From contig JAFVOS010000010.1 of the NCBI GenBank assembly GCA_017505705.1, positions 2,883 through 66,882 of the forward strand: DNA of 64,000 bases. The letters run 5' to 3'. The position numbers were made by a program, and so were the translations under genes. Positions 27,804-37,863 of the stretch are shown here, piece by piece (within the stretch, counting starts at the first letter, position 1; each line of letters opens with the position of its first letter). The DNA comes from Alphaproteobacteria bacterium (GTDB taxonomy: Bacteria; Pseudomonadota; Alphaproteobacteria; Rs-D84). The notes beneath the pieces were generated by a model. That model was not told the origin of the DNA. It ran no database searches and worked only from the letters and a program-made list of their open reading frames with translations.

Positions 27804-29729
27804 ATGGAATTCAATCAATTGTTTTTGTATGGCATGGGAATTATGGGGGCGTTGTTGTTCGTGACGCTGATGGTGCTGTTTTTTGTTTCCAGAAAGTCAC
27901 AAAAAGTTATGCAATCTATGCTTACAATCATGACCAAACCAGACCATGCAAAAATTAATGATGCAAGACGCGTGTTGGCAGAAATATTAAAAGACGAAAT
28001 TGCTAAGATTGAATCCAGCTTCCAAACAATGCGAGATACCCTGAACAAACAAATTCAAACTGCAAATGAATTAAAAAACATCCTGGGGGAACAAAACGAC
28101 AAACTGGTTTTGACCGCTGATGATGCAACAAAAAAGATAGCAACCATGTCTGGTCGCCTTGACAACACAGTATCCGGATTACAAAGCGTTGTTGCATCCG
28201 ATGAATGGAAAGATGTGGAAAGCGCAACAGATAGATTCAGCGAAACGATAAACACACTGTTGACAAACATAAGCGAAACCACCCAATCAACCAAAGACCG
28301 CACAGAACAAATTAACAGCCAAATAAACTCTTGGATTGAAACCAGCGATACACTGGGACAAAATATGGCTGCAGAATTCAATAAAAACACCCAGCAAATG
28401 AAAGAACTGGGGGCAGAATCAGAAGCAATAACAGAAAAAATCGCAACCCTGGCAAAGTCAACAAGCGACGGATTTGGTGACGTTAAATCAGCAGCAGCCA
28501 ACTATGAAGAAATTATGATACGCAATGACAGGTTGCTGGATGGATATTTGGAAAAAATGGATACGTTCAGTAAACAGTCAAAAAAACAACTGACCAGCCA
28601 AATGAACACACTGACAAACACTGCAAACGTTGTTGGCGGTCAAGTAAGATTGGCAGAAACGTCAATAGATAAACAAATTCGCAAACTGACAGATATTGTT
28701 GAATCTTTGATGTCGTCTGCGGCATCTACCGAAGGGGCGGTACGTGGAATTTCCAGCGAAATTGCAGCACTGACCAAGCATTTTGATGGCGAAATCAAAG
28801 AATTTGCAACAGGCGTTGTGTCAGAACTAAAAACTGTATCTGGTGTTGCAAATATTACATTGGAAAACACCAAAGGCGCAGCAAATGCATTTTCAGAATC
28901 TGTCAAAGCAATGGCGACAGGCGTGCGAGAAACACTGATTGAAATGAACACTGCGCATACACAGCTGTCGGGACAATCAGAAAACCTGATAAAAATGTCA
29001 AATGAAACAACTGCACAATTGCAGCCTTTGTCAGAACTGATTGAAAAATATTATGCGGCCCTGCCCGACCTGACCAACAATTCTGTTGAAACCAGTGATA
29101 AGTTGGAAAAGATTGTAGCCAGCCTGACAGAGAAAGTAAACCAAATGAAGTCAGCAGTCAACGAAACAACAGATATGGTATCAGAATCCGCAATTAAACT
29201 GGAAGATTTGGCTGGAACATCACGCCAGCAAATGATTGATCTGATGTCTGATTACGCCAAGGCAGTTAATACAATGCAAACCCTAAACAAGCAGATGATG
29301 GTTGCACGTGCCACCGCACCAATGGACGCAATCAAAACAGCACCAGCAGAAACATTCGGCAAAGTGAGTTCTGCCGACTTTCTGGCCCAGGCAGAGCGCA
29401 TGTTCGACAAACTGCACGACCAATCCCAAGATTTAACACGTGCAATTGGTGCAGACATACCAGATGTCGTATGGAAAAAATATCATGCTGGCGATAAGAC
29501 CATCTTTTCTAAGTGGTTGGCAAAAATGCTTAATGCGGCAGACAAAAAACAGGTACGCAGCACAATAAAGTCTGACGCTGTATTCAAATCACAGGCTGTT
29601 CAATTCGTTCGCAGTTTTGATAAAATTATGTCTGGGGCACGTGATGCAGACAATCCAGATAAATTGGCTGCTACGTTGTTAAAAACCGACCTGGGACAAA
29701 TTTATGGAATATTAAAGAATAATTTGTAG
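27804..29729 (+). CDS. Membrane-anchored long coiled-coil protein
   Basis: Has an N-terminal TM helix (GIMGALLFVTLMVLFFV), ~500 aa of heptad-like Q/E/K/T-rich sequence, and a distinct ~130-aa C-terminal domain. Confidence 0.6.
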   Translation: MEFNQLFLYGMGIMGALLFVTLMVLFFVSRKSQKVMQSMLTIMTKPDHAKINDARRVLAEILKDEIAKIESSFQTMRDTLNKQIQTANELKNILGEQNDKLVLTADDATKKIATMSGRLDNTVSGLQSVVASDEWKDVESATDRFSETINTLLTNISETTQSTKDRTEQINSQINSWIETSDTLGQNMAAEFNKNTQQMKELGAESEAITEKIATLAKSTSDGFGDVKSAAANYEEIMIRNDRLLDGYLEKMDTFSKQSKKQLTSQMNTLTNTANVVGGQVRLAETSIDKQIRKLTDIVESLMSSAASTEGAVRGISSEIAALTKHFDGEIKEFATGVVSELKTVSGVANITLENTKGAANAFSESVKAMATGVRETLIEMNTAHTQLSGQSENLIKMSNETTAQLQPLSELIEKYYAALPDLTNNSVETSDKLEKIVASLTEKVNQMKSAVNETTDMVSESAIKLEDLAGTSRQQMIDLMSDYAKAVNTMQTLNKQMMVARATAPMDAIKTAPAETFGKVSSADFLAQAERMFDKLHDQSQDLTRAIGADIPDVVWKKYHAGDKTIFSKWLAKMLNAADKKQVRSTIKSDAVFKSQAVQFVRSFDKIMSGARDADNPDKLAATLLKTDLGQIYGILKNNL

Positions 29730-29736
29730 CACACAA

Positions 29737-29766
29737 TAAAAATCCCGCCATTGGCGGGATTTTTTA
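29737..29766. terminator. Bidirectional intrinsic terminator
   Basis: aaaaatcccgcc-att-ggcgggattttt, the same 27-nt core as at 14723-14752. Confidence 0.85.
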
Positions 29767-30462
29767 TCGTTGTTTTTGTATAAAACCATCTATTGTTGGG
29801 CGTATGGCGGCAAAAACTTCGTCTATGCTCATACGGGTGCCATCCGGCCGCATTTCATCAACAATTGTCCATTTCTTTGGATCACGCGACGCAATGTGAC
29901 GATAAACATCAGAAACATCAGTCAATAATTTCAAATCGGATTCATGTATATCTGGTTTGCCGTTTTGATATTCCTTCATACCGGTATATCGCATATCATA
30001 TGCCACACGCGGATCCAACGACAAATAAATATTATAATCTGGACGCAAAATTCCCATATTAACAAATTCAAGATTTTCCAGAAAATCAATCTTGGAATCC
30101 CACTGTTCGCGTGGGGTTTTCGCAATCGAAAATGCATTACTGTATGTGTATCGATCCATAATCACCCAACGGTCATCTTTTATCCACTGTTTTACCCATT
30201 TCATACTGCTTTGTCGGTCAAGCGCATATGGCAACATCGTATATTCAGCCGGCAGATCACGGGTCGGACCAAATTTACCGTTCAAATAATCTTTTATAAA
30301 CTGACCAAAAAAGGTGGGATAGTTATTAACAGTGTACATGGGAAAGGCCAATGTCTGGCAACAAATCCCCTTTGATTTCAAATATTCTACAATTTTTGTA
30401 ACCTGGGTGTGTTTGCCGGCTTTATCCGCCCCTTCGACGGCAATAAGTTTTCCAGTTGCCAT
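29764..30462 (-). CDS. tmk: Thymidylate kinase-like (dTMP kinase family)
   Basis: P-loop LIAVEGADKAGKHTQ and DRYTYSNAFS (DRY motif), with length and layout like eukaryote-type TMPK. Confidence 0.65.
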   Translation of the reverse strand: MATGKLIAVEGADKAGKHTQVTKIVEYLKSKGICCQTLAFPMYTVNNYPTFFGQFIKDYLNGKFGPTRDLPAEYTMLPYALDRQSSMKWVKQWIKDDRWVIMDRYTYSNAFSIAKTPREQWDSKIDFLENLEFVNMGILRPDYNIYLSLDPRVAYDMRYTGMKEYQNGKPDIHESDLKLLTDVSDVYRHIASRDPKKWTIVDEMRPDGTRMSIDEVFAAIRPTIDGFIQKQR

Positions 30463-30515
30463 ATATTCTTCCTTTTTTATTTTATATAAAAGCCCGCATT
30501 TATGCGGGCCGGTTG

Positions 30516-32597
30516 TTAATCTTCCAAGAAGCTGCGCAATTTACGTGCACGTGTTGGATGCTTCAGTTTATTCAACGCCTTTTGTTCAATCTGGCGGATA
30601 CGTTCACGAGTCACGCCGATATATTCACCAACTTCTTCCAAAGTGCTGGTCTTATTCGTTGACATACCAAAACGCTGACGCAGAACTGTTTCTTCCTTGG
30701 GGTCCAATTCTGACAGAATCTGGGTGACGATTTTACGCAAATTCTTTTGTGCCGCAGATGTAAATGGATTTTTCGCCGTTTCATCCGCAATAATTTCAAT
30801 ACGAGAACTGTCGTCTTCGGTACCGACGGGCGCTTCTAATGAAATTGGTTTCAAATTAACCTTCATCGCTTTGTGAATCTTGTCCACCGGCAGATAGATA
30901 ATCTTGGACAATTCTTCAGCGGTTGGTTGACGGCCATATTTATGCATAAATTGACGTGACGCACGTTGAATCTTGTGGATATTATCAATCATATGCACAG
31001 GAATACGAATTGTGCGTGCCTGGTCGGCAATACTGCGTGAAATCCCTTGTTGAATCCAGTTTGTGGCATATGTCGAAAACTTATTACCCAAACGATAATC
31101 AAATTTATCAACAGCCTTCATCAAACCAATATTACCATCTTGGACCAAGTCAGAGAAATCAAGTCCCAGACCACGATTGCTGGATTTTTTCGCAAACTTA
31201 ATAACCAAACGCAGGTTAGCTTCTATCATTTCACGTTTTGCACGTGCCGCTTCGGCCTGGCCACGACGAACCAATTCTACAACTTTTTTATATTCTGCAG
31301 TTGGTTGCCCGGTTTCTGTCGCAATAGCAGTGATATCTTCTTGAATCTTTAAAATATCTGCTTCGTGTTTTTTTGCAAAATTTGACCATACTGGATTCTT
31401 GTGCTTAGCCAATTTTTTTACCCAATTACGGTTCAATTCATTACCAACATATTCCGCCAAGAAGTCTTCACGCTTGACCTTGTTCGCCAGGGCCAAACGC
31501 AACAATTTACCTTCCAGTCCCATCAGCAATTGGTCACGTTTGGTTAATTGTTCTAAAATTTCTGCAACACGATCATCATTCAGGCGAATCTTGCTGACGT
31601 GTTCAAACAGTTCCAAACGCATTTTGTTGTATTTCTTTTCCAGTGCCATATCCGGCGCATCAGATGACAACAGATTTTCCAAACGCTTTGCCTGCAATTT
31701 TTGCATTCCGTTAAATATACGCTTTATCTTTGCAAACAGTTCCGTCACCATCGGCATCAAAGATTCTTCCATTACAGGAATTGGAACGCCAGACGTACTG
31801 CGTGGCGTATCTTCTTTTTTGATACCATCATCTTCGTCGGCATCGTCTTCTTCGTCTTCTTCTTCGACGGATGCGTCAGCCAAATCATCCAAGTCATCAT
31901 CATCCAAGTCATCAACGTGTTCAACACCCTTGGATTTTAATGCCTCTGACAACGCAGCCAATGATTTTTGTTCAGATTCGCTGGAATACATAACTTCCAG
32001 GTTTACAATATAACGCAACCGAATATCTTCGTTAAGCAGTTGCTGATACCAATCCAACATTGCCTGGATTGTCATTGGACTTTCACACAGACCATAAACC
32101 ATAAGGCGTGATGCGGCCTCAATACGTTGGGCAATGGCGACTTCGCCGGCAGCTGTCAACAACTGAACCGTACCAATCTGTTTTAAATACGATTGAACAG
32201 AATCTTGAACCCCCAGAACCAAACTGCCCGTCTGGCTGCGTTCCAATTGCTTGGCATAATGTTCATAGTCATCATCATTTACATCAACCTGTTCGGCATC
32301 TGCATTTAACAAATTACGTGTCTTGTCACGTGATTCTTCGGAATCATCTTCGTCATAGTATTTACCCAAATCACGTGGATAAGAATCTGTTTCCAGAACC
32401 TCAAGCCCTAAATCCTGTTGAAAGAAATCCAATACTTCGTCCTGTTCATCAGAAGGAATCTCGTCTGCTTCGGTGGCGGCTGTAAAATCCATTTGGGACA
32501 TATAGCCTACTTCCATTGCAGACTCGGCCAACTTTTGCAAGTTTTCTGGCAATGAATCAATCAGCAGTTTTGTTGCTTCGTCCAGTTTTTTAACCAT
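30516..32597 (-). CDS. rpoD: RNA polymerase sigma factor RpoD
   Basis: It has region 1.2 (SYLKQIGTVQLLTAAGEVAIAQRIE, GLCESP), an acidic insert, regions 2-4 (NLRLVIKFAKK, STYATNWIQQ), and C-terminal TLEEVGEYIGVTRERIRQIE. Confidence 0.96.
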   Translation of the reverse strand: MVKKLDEATKLLIDSLPENLQKLAESAMEVGYMSQMDFTAATEADEIPSDEQDEVLDFFQQDLGLEVLETDSYPRDLGKYYDEDDSEESRDKTRNLLNADAEQVDVNDDDYEHYAKQLERSQTGSLVLGVQDSVQSYLKQIGTVQLLTAAGEVAIAQRIEAASRLMVYGLCESPMTIQAMLDWYQQLLNEDIRLRYIVNLEVMYSSESEQKSLAALSEALKSKGVEHVDDLDDDDLDDLADASVEEEDEEDDADEDDGIKKEDTPRSTSGVPIPVMEESLMPMVTELFAKIKRIFNGMQKLQAKRLENLLSSDAPDMALEKKYNKMRLELFEHVSKIRLNDDRVAEILEQLTKRDQLLMGLEGKLLRLALANKVKREDFLAEYVGNELNRNWVKKLAKHKNPVWSNFAKKHEADILKIQEDITAIATETGQPTAEYKKVVELVRRGQAEAARAKREMIEANLRLVIKFAKKSSNRGLGLDFSDLVQDGNIGLMKAVDKFDYRLGNKFSTYATNWIQQGISRSIADQARTIRIPVHMIDNIHKIQRASRQFMHKYGRQPTAEELSKIIYLPVDKIHKAMKVNLKPISLEAPVGTEDDSSRIEIIADETAKNPFTSAAQKNLRKIVTQILSELDPKEETVLRQRFGMSTNKTSTLEEVGEYIGVTRERIRQIEQKALNKLKHPTRARKLRSFLED

Positions 32598-32629
32598 TAG
32601 ACAACCCTTGGCGTTTGTTGTTTTTTAAA

Positions 32630-33178
32630 TTATTTCTTCTTTTTAGCAGGTTTGCTGGCCGCTTTTTGTGCCTTGGCAACAGCATCATGGATTGCAGATT
32701 CAGAAACCAATCCCAATACAATCGGACTTTGAATTTGAATCAATGAATATGAATTGTGTGTTTTATTACGTACAGATGCAACTGTTGGGTTCGTGCTGCG
32801 CATCAGGCGTGCAACCTGGCCGTCTGACAATTCTGGATAATTTTTCAAAATCCACAAGATGCCCCCCAGGCGATTTTGACGATGTAATTTTGGCGTATAA
32901 CCAACCCCACGCTTGTTCTGTTTGTTCTGGGCAGTAATAATTTCTTCACGCAGTGTCAAGCGTGCAGACGCATCTGCTTCGCATTTTTCAATATCTTCAC
33001 GTGTCAATTGACCACTTAAAACAGGGTTCAATGGTTGAATTTTATATGTTTCTGCATCAGCAATACTTTTAACCTCAAGCTCATGCATGCCGCAGAAATC
33101 TGCGATTTGTTCAAATGTCAACGCTGTATTTTCAATCAACCAAAGTGCTGTTGATTTTGGCATATATGGATAGTTCAT
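32630..33178 (-). CDS. DUF1013 (TrcR-like) alphaproteobacterial protein
   Basis: MPKSTALWLIENTALTFEQIADFCGMHELEVKSIAD matches the conserved DUF1013 N-terminus. Confidence 0.75.
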   Translation of the reverse strand: MNYPYMPKSTALWLIENTALTFEQIADFCGMHELEVKSIADAETYKIQPLNPVLSGQLTREDIEKCEADASARLTLREEIITAQNKQNKRGVGYTPKLHRQNRLGGILWILKNYPELSDGQVARLMRSTNPTVASVRNKTHNSYSLIQIQSPIVLGLVSESAIHDAVAKAQKAASKPAKKKK

Positions 33179-33284
33179 GGAAATTTCCTCTTGTAATTAC
33201 GGGGGGTAATATACACCAATATTACCCCGATTTCAACCGATTTTTAATAATTTTTTATTCTGTGTATTTTTTCAAAAAGCAGTC

Positions 33285-34718
33285 TTAAAGAACCACATCC
33301 CATGTTGTGCCGTTCGGTCCATCACGAAAGACAATGCCACGTGTTGCCATTTCGTTTCGAATTGCGTCTGCTGTTACCCAATCTTTGTTCGCCTTGGCAG
33401 ATGCACGTGAGGCAATCGCAGATTCAATTTCAGATTCAGACACGCCGTTTGCCGCCAAAATCTTGTTCTGGGCACTGGCAATATAGTCCGACGGATCAAA
33501 TTGCAATACATTCAGCACAGACATCAATTCAACAATTTTAGCAACAATTGCACGCAAATCATATTCTGTATTCTTTTTAGCCAATTCTGCTGTAATAAAA
33601 TTAAACCAACTGAACAAAGACGCTGTCACACCTGATGTGTTAAAGTTATCATCCATTGACGTTTCAAATTCAGAAACAATTTTTCCAATCATTTCAGCTG
33701 TTTTGTCAGAATTTACATTATCAAATGTGCGGGCATTCACATCACGTATTACAGAATACATTTTGTATATGTGTCGTACTGCATCTGGGAAAAAGTTATC
33801 TGTGATATCAATATCTGTTGAATACGTATTTCTTAACAGTGCAAAACGAATTACATCTGCATCATATTTAGCCAGAACATCTTGTAATAAAATGCCATTT
33901 CCCAATGATTTACTCATTTTTTGCCCATTAACCTTGACCAGACCGCAATGAACCCAGTATTGAGCAAATGTTTTGCCAGTCAGAGCCTCGGTCTGGGCAA
34001 TTTCATTTTCATGATGCGGGAACACCAAATCACGTCCACCACCATGAATATCAATTTGTTCGCCAAGATATTTCATATTCATCGCACTGCATTCTATGTG
34101 CCAGCCAGGACGCCCCGCCCCCCATGGGGATGGCCAAGAAACCTCGCCAGGTTTGGCTGATTTCCACAGCGCAAAGTCACCGTCATTTAATTTGCCGGGT
34201 TCAACAGATTTTCGTACGCCTGTTTCATTTTTGTTTGTCTGGATATGTGACAATTTGCCGTATTGTGGGAAACTGTCCAATTTAAAGTAAACGTCCCCGA
34301 ATTCAGATGCATATGCATGACCTGAATCAATTAATTTTTGAACAAATGCGATAATATCATCAATACAATGTGTGGCACGTGCCATAATTGTCGGATTTTC
34401 ATTACCCAGCGCCGCCATTTCTGCATCAGTCTTTACAATATTTTTTTCTGCAAACTCAATTGGATCCACACCGACAGCATTGGCGTTCGCAATAATTTTA
34501 TCATCAACGTCGGTATAGTTGCGAACATACCTAACATCATAACCACGATATCGCAAATAACGTGTAATAACATCAAACGCAACAGATTGATAGGCATGTC
34601 CAATATGCGCATCTGCCGACACAGTAATACCACACGCATACATTTTCACAACCCCTGGGGTCAAAGACTTGAATTCTTGTTTTTGTCGTGTCATAACGTT
34701 ATATACTTTCAGTGTCAT
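33285..34718 (-). CDS. cysS: Cysteine--tRNA ligase
   Basis: YACGITVSADAHIGHA (HIGH), GWHIECS, and KMSKSLGN. Confidence 0.95.
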   Translation of the reverse strand: MTLKVYNVMTRQKQEFKSLTPGVVKMYACGITVSADAHIGHAYQSVAFDVITRYLRYRGYDVRYVRNYTDVDDKIIANANAVGVDPIEFAEKNIVKTDAEMAALGNENPTIMARATHCIDDIIAFVQKLIDSGHAYASEFGDVYFKLDSFPQYGKLSHIQTNKNETGVRKSVEPGKLNDGDFALWKSAKPGEVSWPSPWGAGRPGWHIECSAMNMKYLGEQIDIHGGGRDLVFPHHENEIAQTEALTGKTFAQYWVHCGLVKVNGQKMSKSLGNGILLQDVLAKYDADVIRFALLRNTYSTDIDITDNFFPDAVRHIYKMYSVIRDVNARTFDNVNSDKTAEMIGKIVSEFETSMDDNFNTSGVTASLFSWFNFITAELAKKNTEYDLRAIVAKIVELMSVLNVLQFDPSDYIASAQNKILAANGVSESEIESAIASRASAKANKDWVTADAIRNEMATRGIVFRDGPNGTTWDVVL

Positions 34719-34936
34719 ATGCGTTCTTCCTTTTTAATTTTCTTGTGTAGAGTTTAATAAATGGGTTATTTAAATGCAAACAAAATCAGTTTGCGAAAAT
34801 GCAACAATTAACAACAACAGTAAAAATTAATATAGCGTATTGTCATCTGATGTGTATTGTGACACACGAAGGATAAAAAAGTCAAGATTTCCGTTATAAA
34901 AATTAAACCGACCCGGGGGGGTCGGCTAAATTTTTA

Positions 34937-35024
34937 TGGCGGAGCGTATAGGACTCGAACCTATGGACCGAAAATTCCGGTCACAGATTAGCAATCTGCT
35001 GCATTACCACTCTGCCAACGCTCC
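34937..35024 (-). tRNA. tRNA-Ser (anticodon GCU), CCA encoded
   Basis: GGAGCGT acceptor stem, anticodon arm GCAGA-TTGCTAA-TCTGT, long variable arm GACCGGAATTTTCGGTCC, T-arm ATAGG-TTCGAGT-CCTAT, discriminator G. Confidence 0.9.
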
Positions 35025-35134
35025 GCATCATGCGACGCTTATTATATATAAACGGATTATAAATTGCAAGTTGTAAAATTAACTTTTTTGATTATTGACA
35101 AACGGGTTGTTTCAGATAAAATTGTCAAAACAAA

Positions 35135-35665
35135 ATGAAAAAAAGTCAAGAAAAACCACGTTTCTTTAAGTTAATCATGATGCAAGATTCGTTTTTTGCA
35201 GATACTTATAATATAGATTCACCAGACGACATATATCCAGGCCGATGTTTCTTTGCCAAAGGCAAGCAATTTGAATGGTGTACACACACAGACAGCATCG
35301 GATTTTGCCATCCCAAGGTTTGCTTGTGGAACGAATGGCCACTGATTCATTTTTGTGACAACGCTATTGATTTATTAATGTGGTACAAAATCGGATTACA
35401 TGACGCAAATTGGTTTAGAGAAATTTATTTCTATGAAATTACACCCTCTTTGCCCTATTATAAAGAACGCTGCAAAGACAAAAATAGATTATTTCAATGC
35501 GGTGCACGTGGAATAAAAATAATCCGCCACCTGACCATGGATGACGTTCTGCGAATTGCAAAAAAAGAAATCAACAATAATATCGAAGAAATTATTAATC
35601 GATACCCTGATCAAAATATGATGAAGTTGATTCTGTATGTGCAAGAAAATGCAAAAAATAAATGA
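35135..35665 (+). CDS. Hypothetical Cys/Trp/His-rich protein
   Basis: 176-aa ORF followed by a terminator. No family recognised. Confidence 0.45.
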   Translation: MKKSQEKPRFFKLIMMQDSFFADTYNIDSPDDIYPGRCFFAKGKQFEWCTHTDSIGFCHPKVCLWNEWPLIHFCDNAIDLLMWYKIGLHDANWFREIYFYEITPSLPYYKERCKDKNRLFQCGARGIKIIRHLTMDDVLRIAKKEINNNIEEIINRYPDQNMMKLILYVQENAKNK

Positions 35666-35692
35666 TAAAAAAACCGGCGAACCGGTTTTTTA
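35666..35692. terminator. Bidirectional intrinsic terminator
   Basis: aaccgg-cgaa-ccggtt with A and T flanks. Confidence 0.75.
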
Positions 35693-37435
35693 TTTATCTT
35701 CGCTGTCAACAGCGGGTTGATATATTTCCACATCACGCGTCATCGCAAAGAATTTTTCAGCACGACGTGCTGGCAATTCATCTGTGGAAATTTGCTGCAG
35801 TTCGTCAATATGTTTTGCAACCGCCGCCGATAACAATTCCATCGTTGTTTGCCAGTTTGTATGTGCACCCTTGTCTGGTTCTGGAATCACTTCGTCGATA
35901 ACGTTCAGATTCGCCATATCACGTGCTGTTAATTTCATTGCAGATGCTGCATCCGCCTTGAACTTGTTATCTTTCCACAAAATAGACGCACATGATTCAG
36001 GGGCAATAACTGAATAAATCGCATTTTCCAACATCAATATTCTGTCAGCCGTCCCAATCGCAATCGCACCACCAGATCCACCCTGGCCGACGTTTACAGC
36101 AACGTATGGCGTTTTAATAGACAACCCAACAGACATTGACATCGCAACCGCTTGGGATTGTCCACGTTCTTCGCCTTCACGACCAGCAAATGCACCGGCG
36201 GTGTCAAACAGCGAAATCAGTGGTAATTTAAACTTTTCTGCAAGACGCATCATACGCTGGGCCTTGCGATAGCCATCAGGATTTGCCATGCCGAAACGAT
36301 GTTTCTGTCGGGTTTCGATGGTTCTGCCCTGCTCTTGCCCGATGATTACAGCCGGTATGCCACGCCAAAATCCAATACCAGATCCCATGGCGGCATCTTC
36401 GGCGTATAATCTGTCGCCGGCAAGATACGTCCAATCTTCAACAATTCCATTAATGTAATCTAAAAAGTGTGGACGATTTTCATGGCGTGCCAACAACACT
36501 TTGTCATACGCAGGATTTTCGCCCATGCCACGCACTTTTTTATGTGTATCAATGGCTGGCGTCGCAATGTTTATCTGTTTTGGCGCACGTTTTTGCTTGG
36601 TCAAAACAGCCAATATTTTAACCAGTGCATCATGCAATTGCGCACGTGGCACAACCATATCGACCATACCATGTTCGTACAAATAATCTGCTGTCTGGAA
36701 ATTAGATGGCAATTTCTCACGAATATTCTGTTCGATTACACGACGACCTGCAAATCCAATGCGTGCACCAGATTCTGCAATATGAATATCACCCAACATT
36801 GCAAACGATGCGGTGACGCCACCAAATGTTGGGTCTGTTAGCAGAACAATATACGGTATCCCATTGTCATGCAATTTATTAACTGCCGCTGTTGTACGTG
36901 CCATTTGCATCAGGGACAATATGTTTTCCTGCATGCGTGCACCACCACTGGCAGTCACCATAATAAACGGCCGACGGGTTTCAATAGCGTGTTCAATACT
37001 GGCAACAATTGCGTCGCCAGCACTGCGCCCCATTGACCCCATCATAAAATCACCGTTTAATACGCATACCGTCGCTGGAACACCACCAATCATACCATCA
37101 GCAGATGTGACAGCATCACTGTATCCAGTTTCCGCACGTGCATCCGCCAATCTGTCAACATATGGAATGCGGTCAACAAACTGTAATGGGTCATCTGTTG
37201 CCGTCGGCAAGGTCAGTCTTTCCCACCCTGTGTCATCAAACAATAAATTAAATCGCTGTTTTGGGGTCATAATAAACGCACGACCACAACGTGGACAAAT
37301 GTATAGATTATCCTTGTAATCTTTGTAATATACCAAACGCCCACAGGATTCACATTTAATCCACATTAATCGACGAATACGATCATAGCGTTCACGATTA
37401 TTATTTTTGATACCAGACTTTTTACCAAACAACAT
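35690..37435 (-). CDS. Acetyl-CoA carboxylase carboxyltransferase, fused beta (AccD) and alpha (AccA) subunits
   Basis: It has an N-terminal AccD Zn-ribbon (CESCGRLVYYKDYKDNLYICPRCG) and GGARMQE. The second half has AccA-like GGSGGAIAIG and GMANPDGYRKA. Confidence 0.85.
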   Translation of the reverse strand: MLFGKKSGIKNNNRERYDRIRRLMWIKCESCGRLVYYKDYKDNLYICPRCGRAFIMTPKQRFNLLFDDTGWERLTLPTATDDPLQFVDRIPYVDRLADARAETGYSDAVTSADGMIGGVPATVCVLNGDFMMGSMGRSAGDAIVASIEHAIETRRPFIMVTASGGARMQENILSLMQMARTTAAVNKLHDNGIPYIVLLTDPTFGGVTASFAMLGDIHIAESGARIGFAGRRVIEQNIREKLPSNFQTADYLYEHGMVDMVVPRAQLHDALVKILAVLTKQKRAPKQINIATPAIDTHKKVRGMGENPAYDKVLLARHENRPHFLDYINGIVEDWTYLAGDRLYAEDAAMGSGIGFWRGIPAVIIGQEQGRTIETRQKHRFGMANPDGYRKAQRMMRLAEKFKLPLISLFDTAGAFAGREGEERGQSQAVAMSMSVGLSIKTPYVAVNVGQGGSGGAIAIGTADRILMLENAIYSVIAPESCASILWKDNKFKADAASAMKLTARDMANLNVIDEVIPEPDKGAHTNWQTTMELLSAAVAKHIDELQQISTDELPARRAEKFFAMTRDVEIYQPAVDSEDK

Positions 37436-37440
37436 GGCTG

Positions 37441-37719
37441 TTATCCATTCATCTTTTTAGTTAATTCACGACTGGGCTTAAATAATATTGTGGTACTGGC
37501 CGGCAGCGGCATTGGCATACCAGTGCATGGATTATATCCAATTTTGGTCGCACGTGAACGTGGTTGAAATGTGCCAAAACCACGAACCTCTATCCTGTTG
37601 CCGTTGGCGACGGATTCAATCATATGATCTGCTACGGTATCCAGGATTGCTGCTGCATCTGTGGCACGCATGTGCTTGAATTGAACCTGGATTGTTCTTA
37701 CGATATCTGAACGTTTCAT
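37441..37719 (-). CDS. ihfB: Integration host factor beta / HU family DNA-binding protein
   Basis: MKRSDIV....., NRIEVRGFGTF..R.R....G.NP.TG, and FKPSRELTKKMN. I chose the ATG at 37719 over the upstream GTG. Confidence 0.75.
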   Translation of the reverse strand: MKRSDIVRTIQVQFKHMRATDAAAILDTVADHMIESVANGNRIEVRGFGTFQPRSRATKIGYNPCTGMPMPLPASTTILFKPSRELTKKMNG

Positions 37720-37863
37720 TATTTTACCCTTATTGCTTTGCACTATATTATTAATGCGATAACAGATTTTATCAAGAACAAAGTTTTTATTTATTTGTGA
37801 TTACCTTCCTGTGACGAAAAATCAAGAAATCTTGTACAATATCATAAAGCACAGGAGATATAT

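Noticed and set aside
31399-32013. A 204-aa Ser-rich plus-strand ORF.
   Set aside because: It is antisense to the rpoD acidic insert. The poly-Ser run is the complement of GAx/GAC Asp/Glu codons, so it is a shadow ORF.
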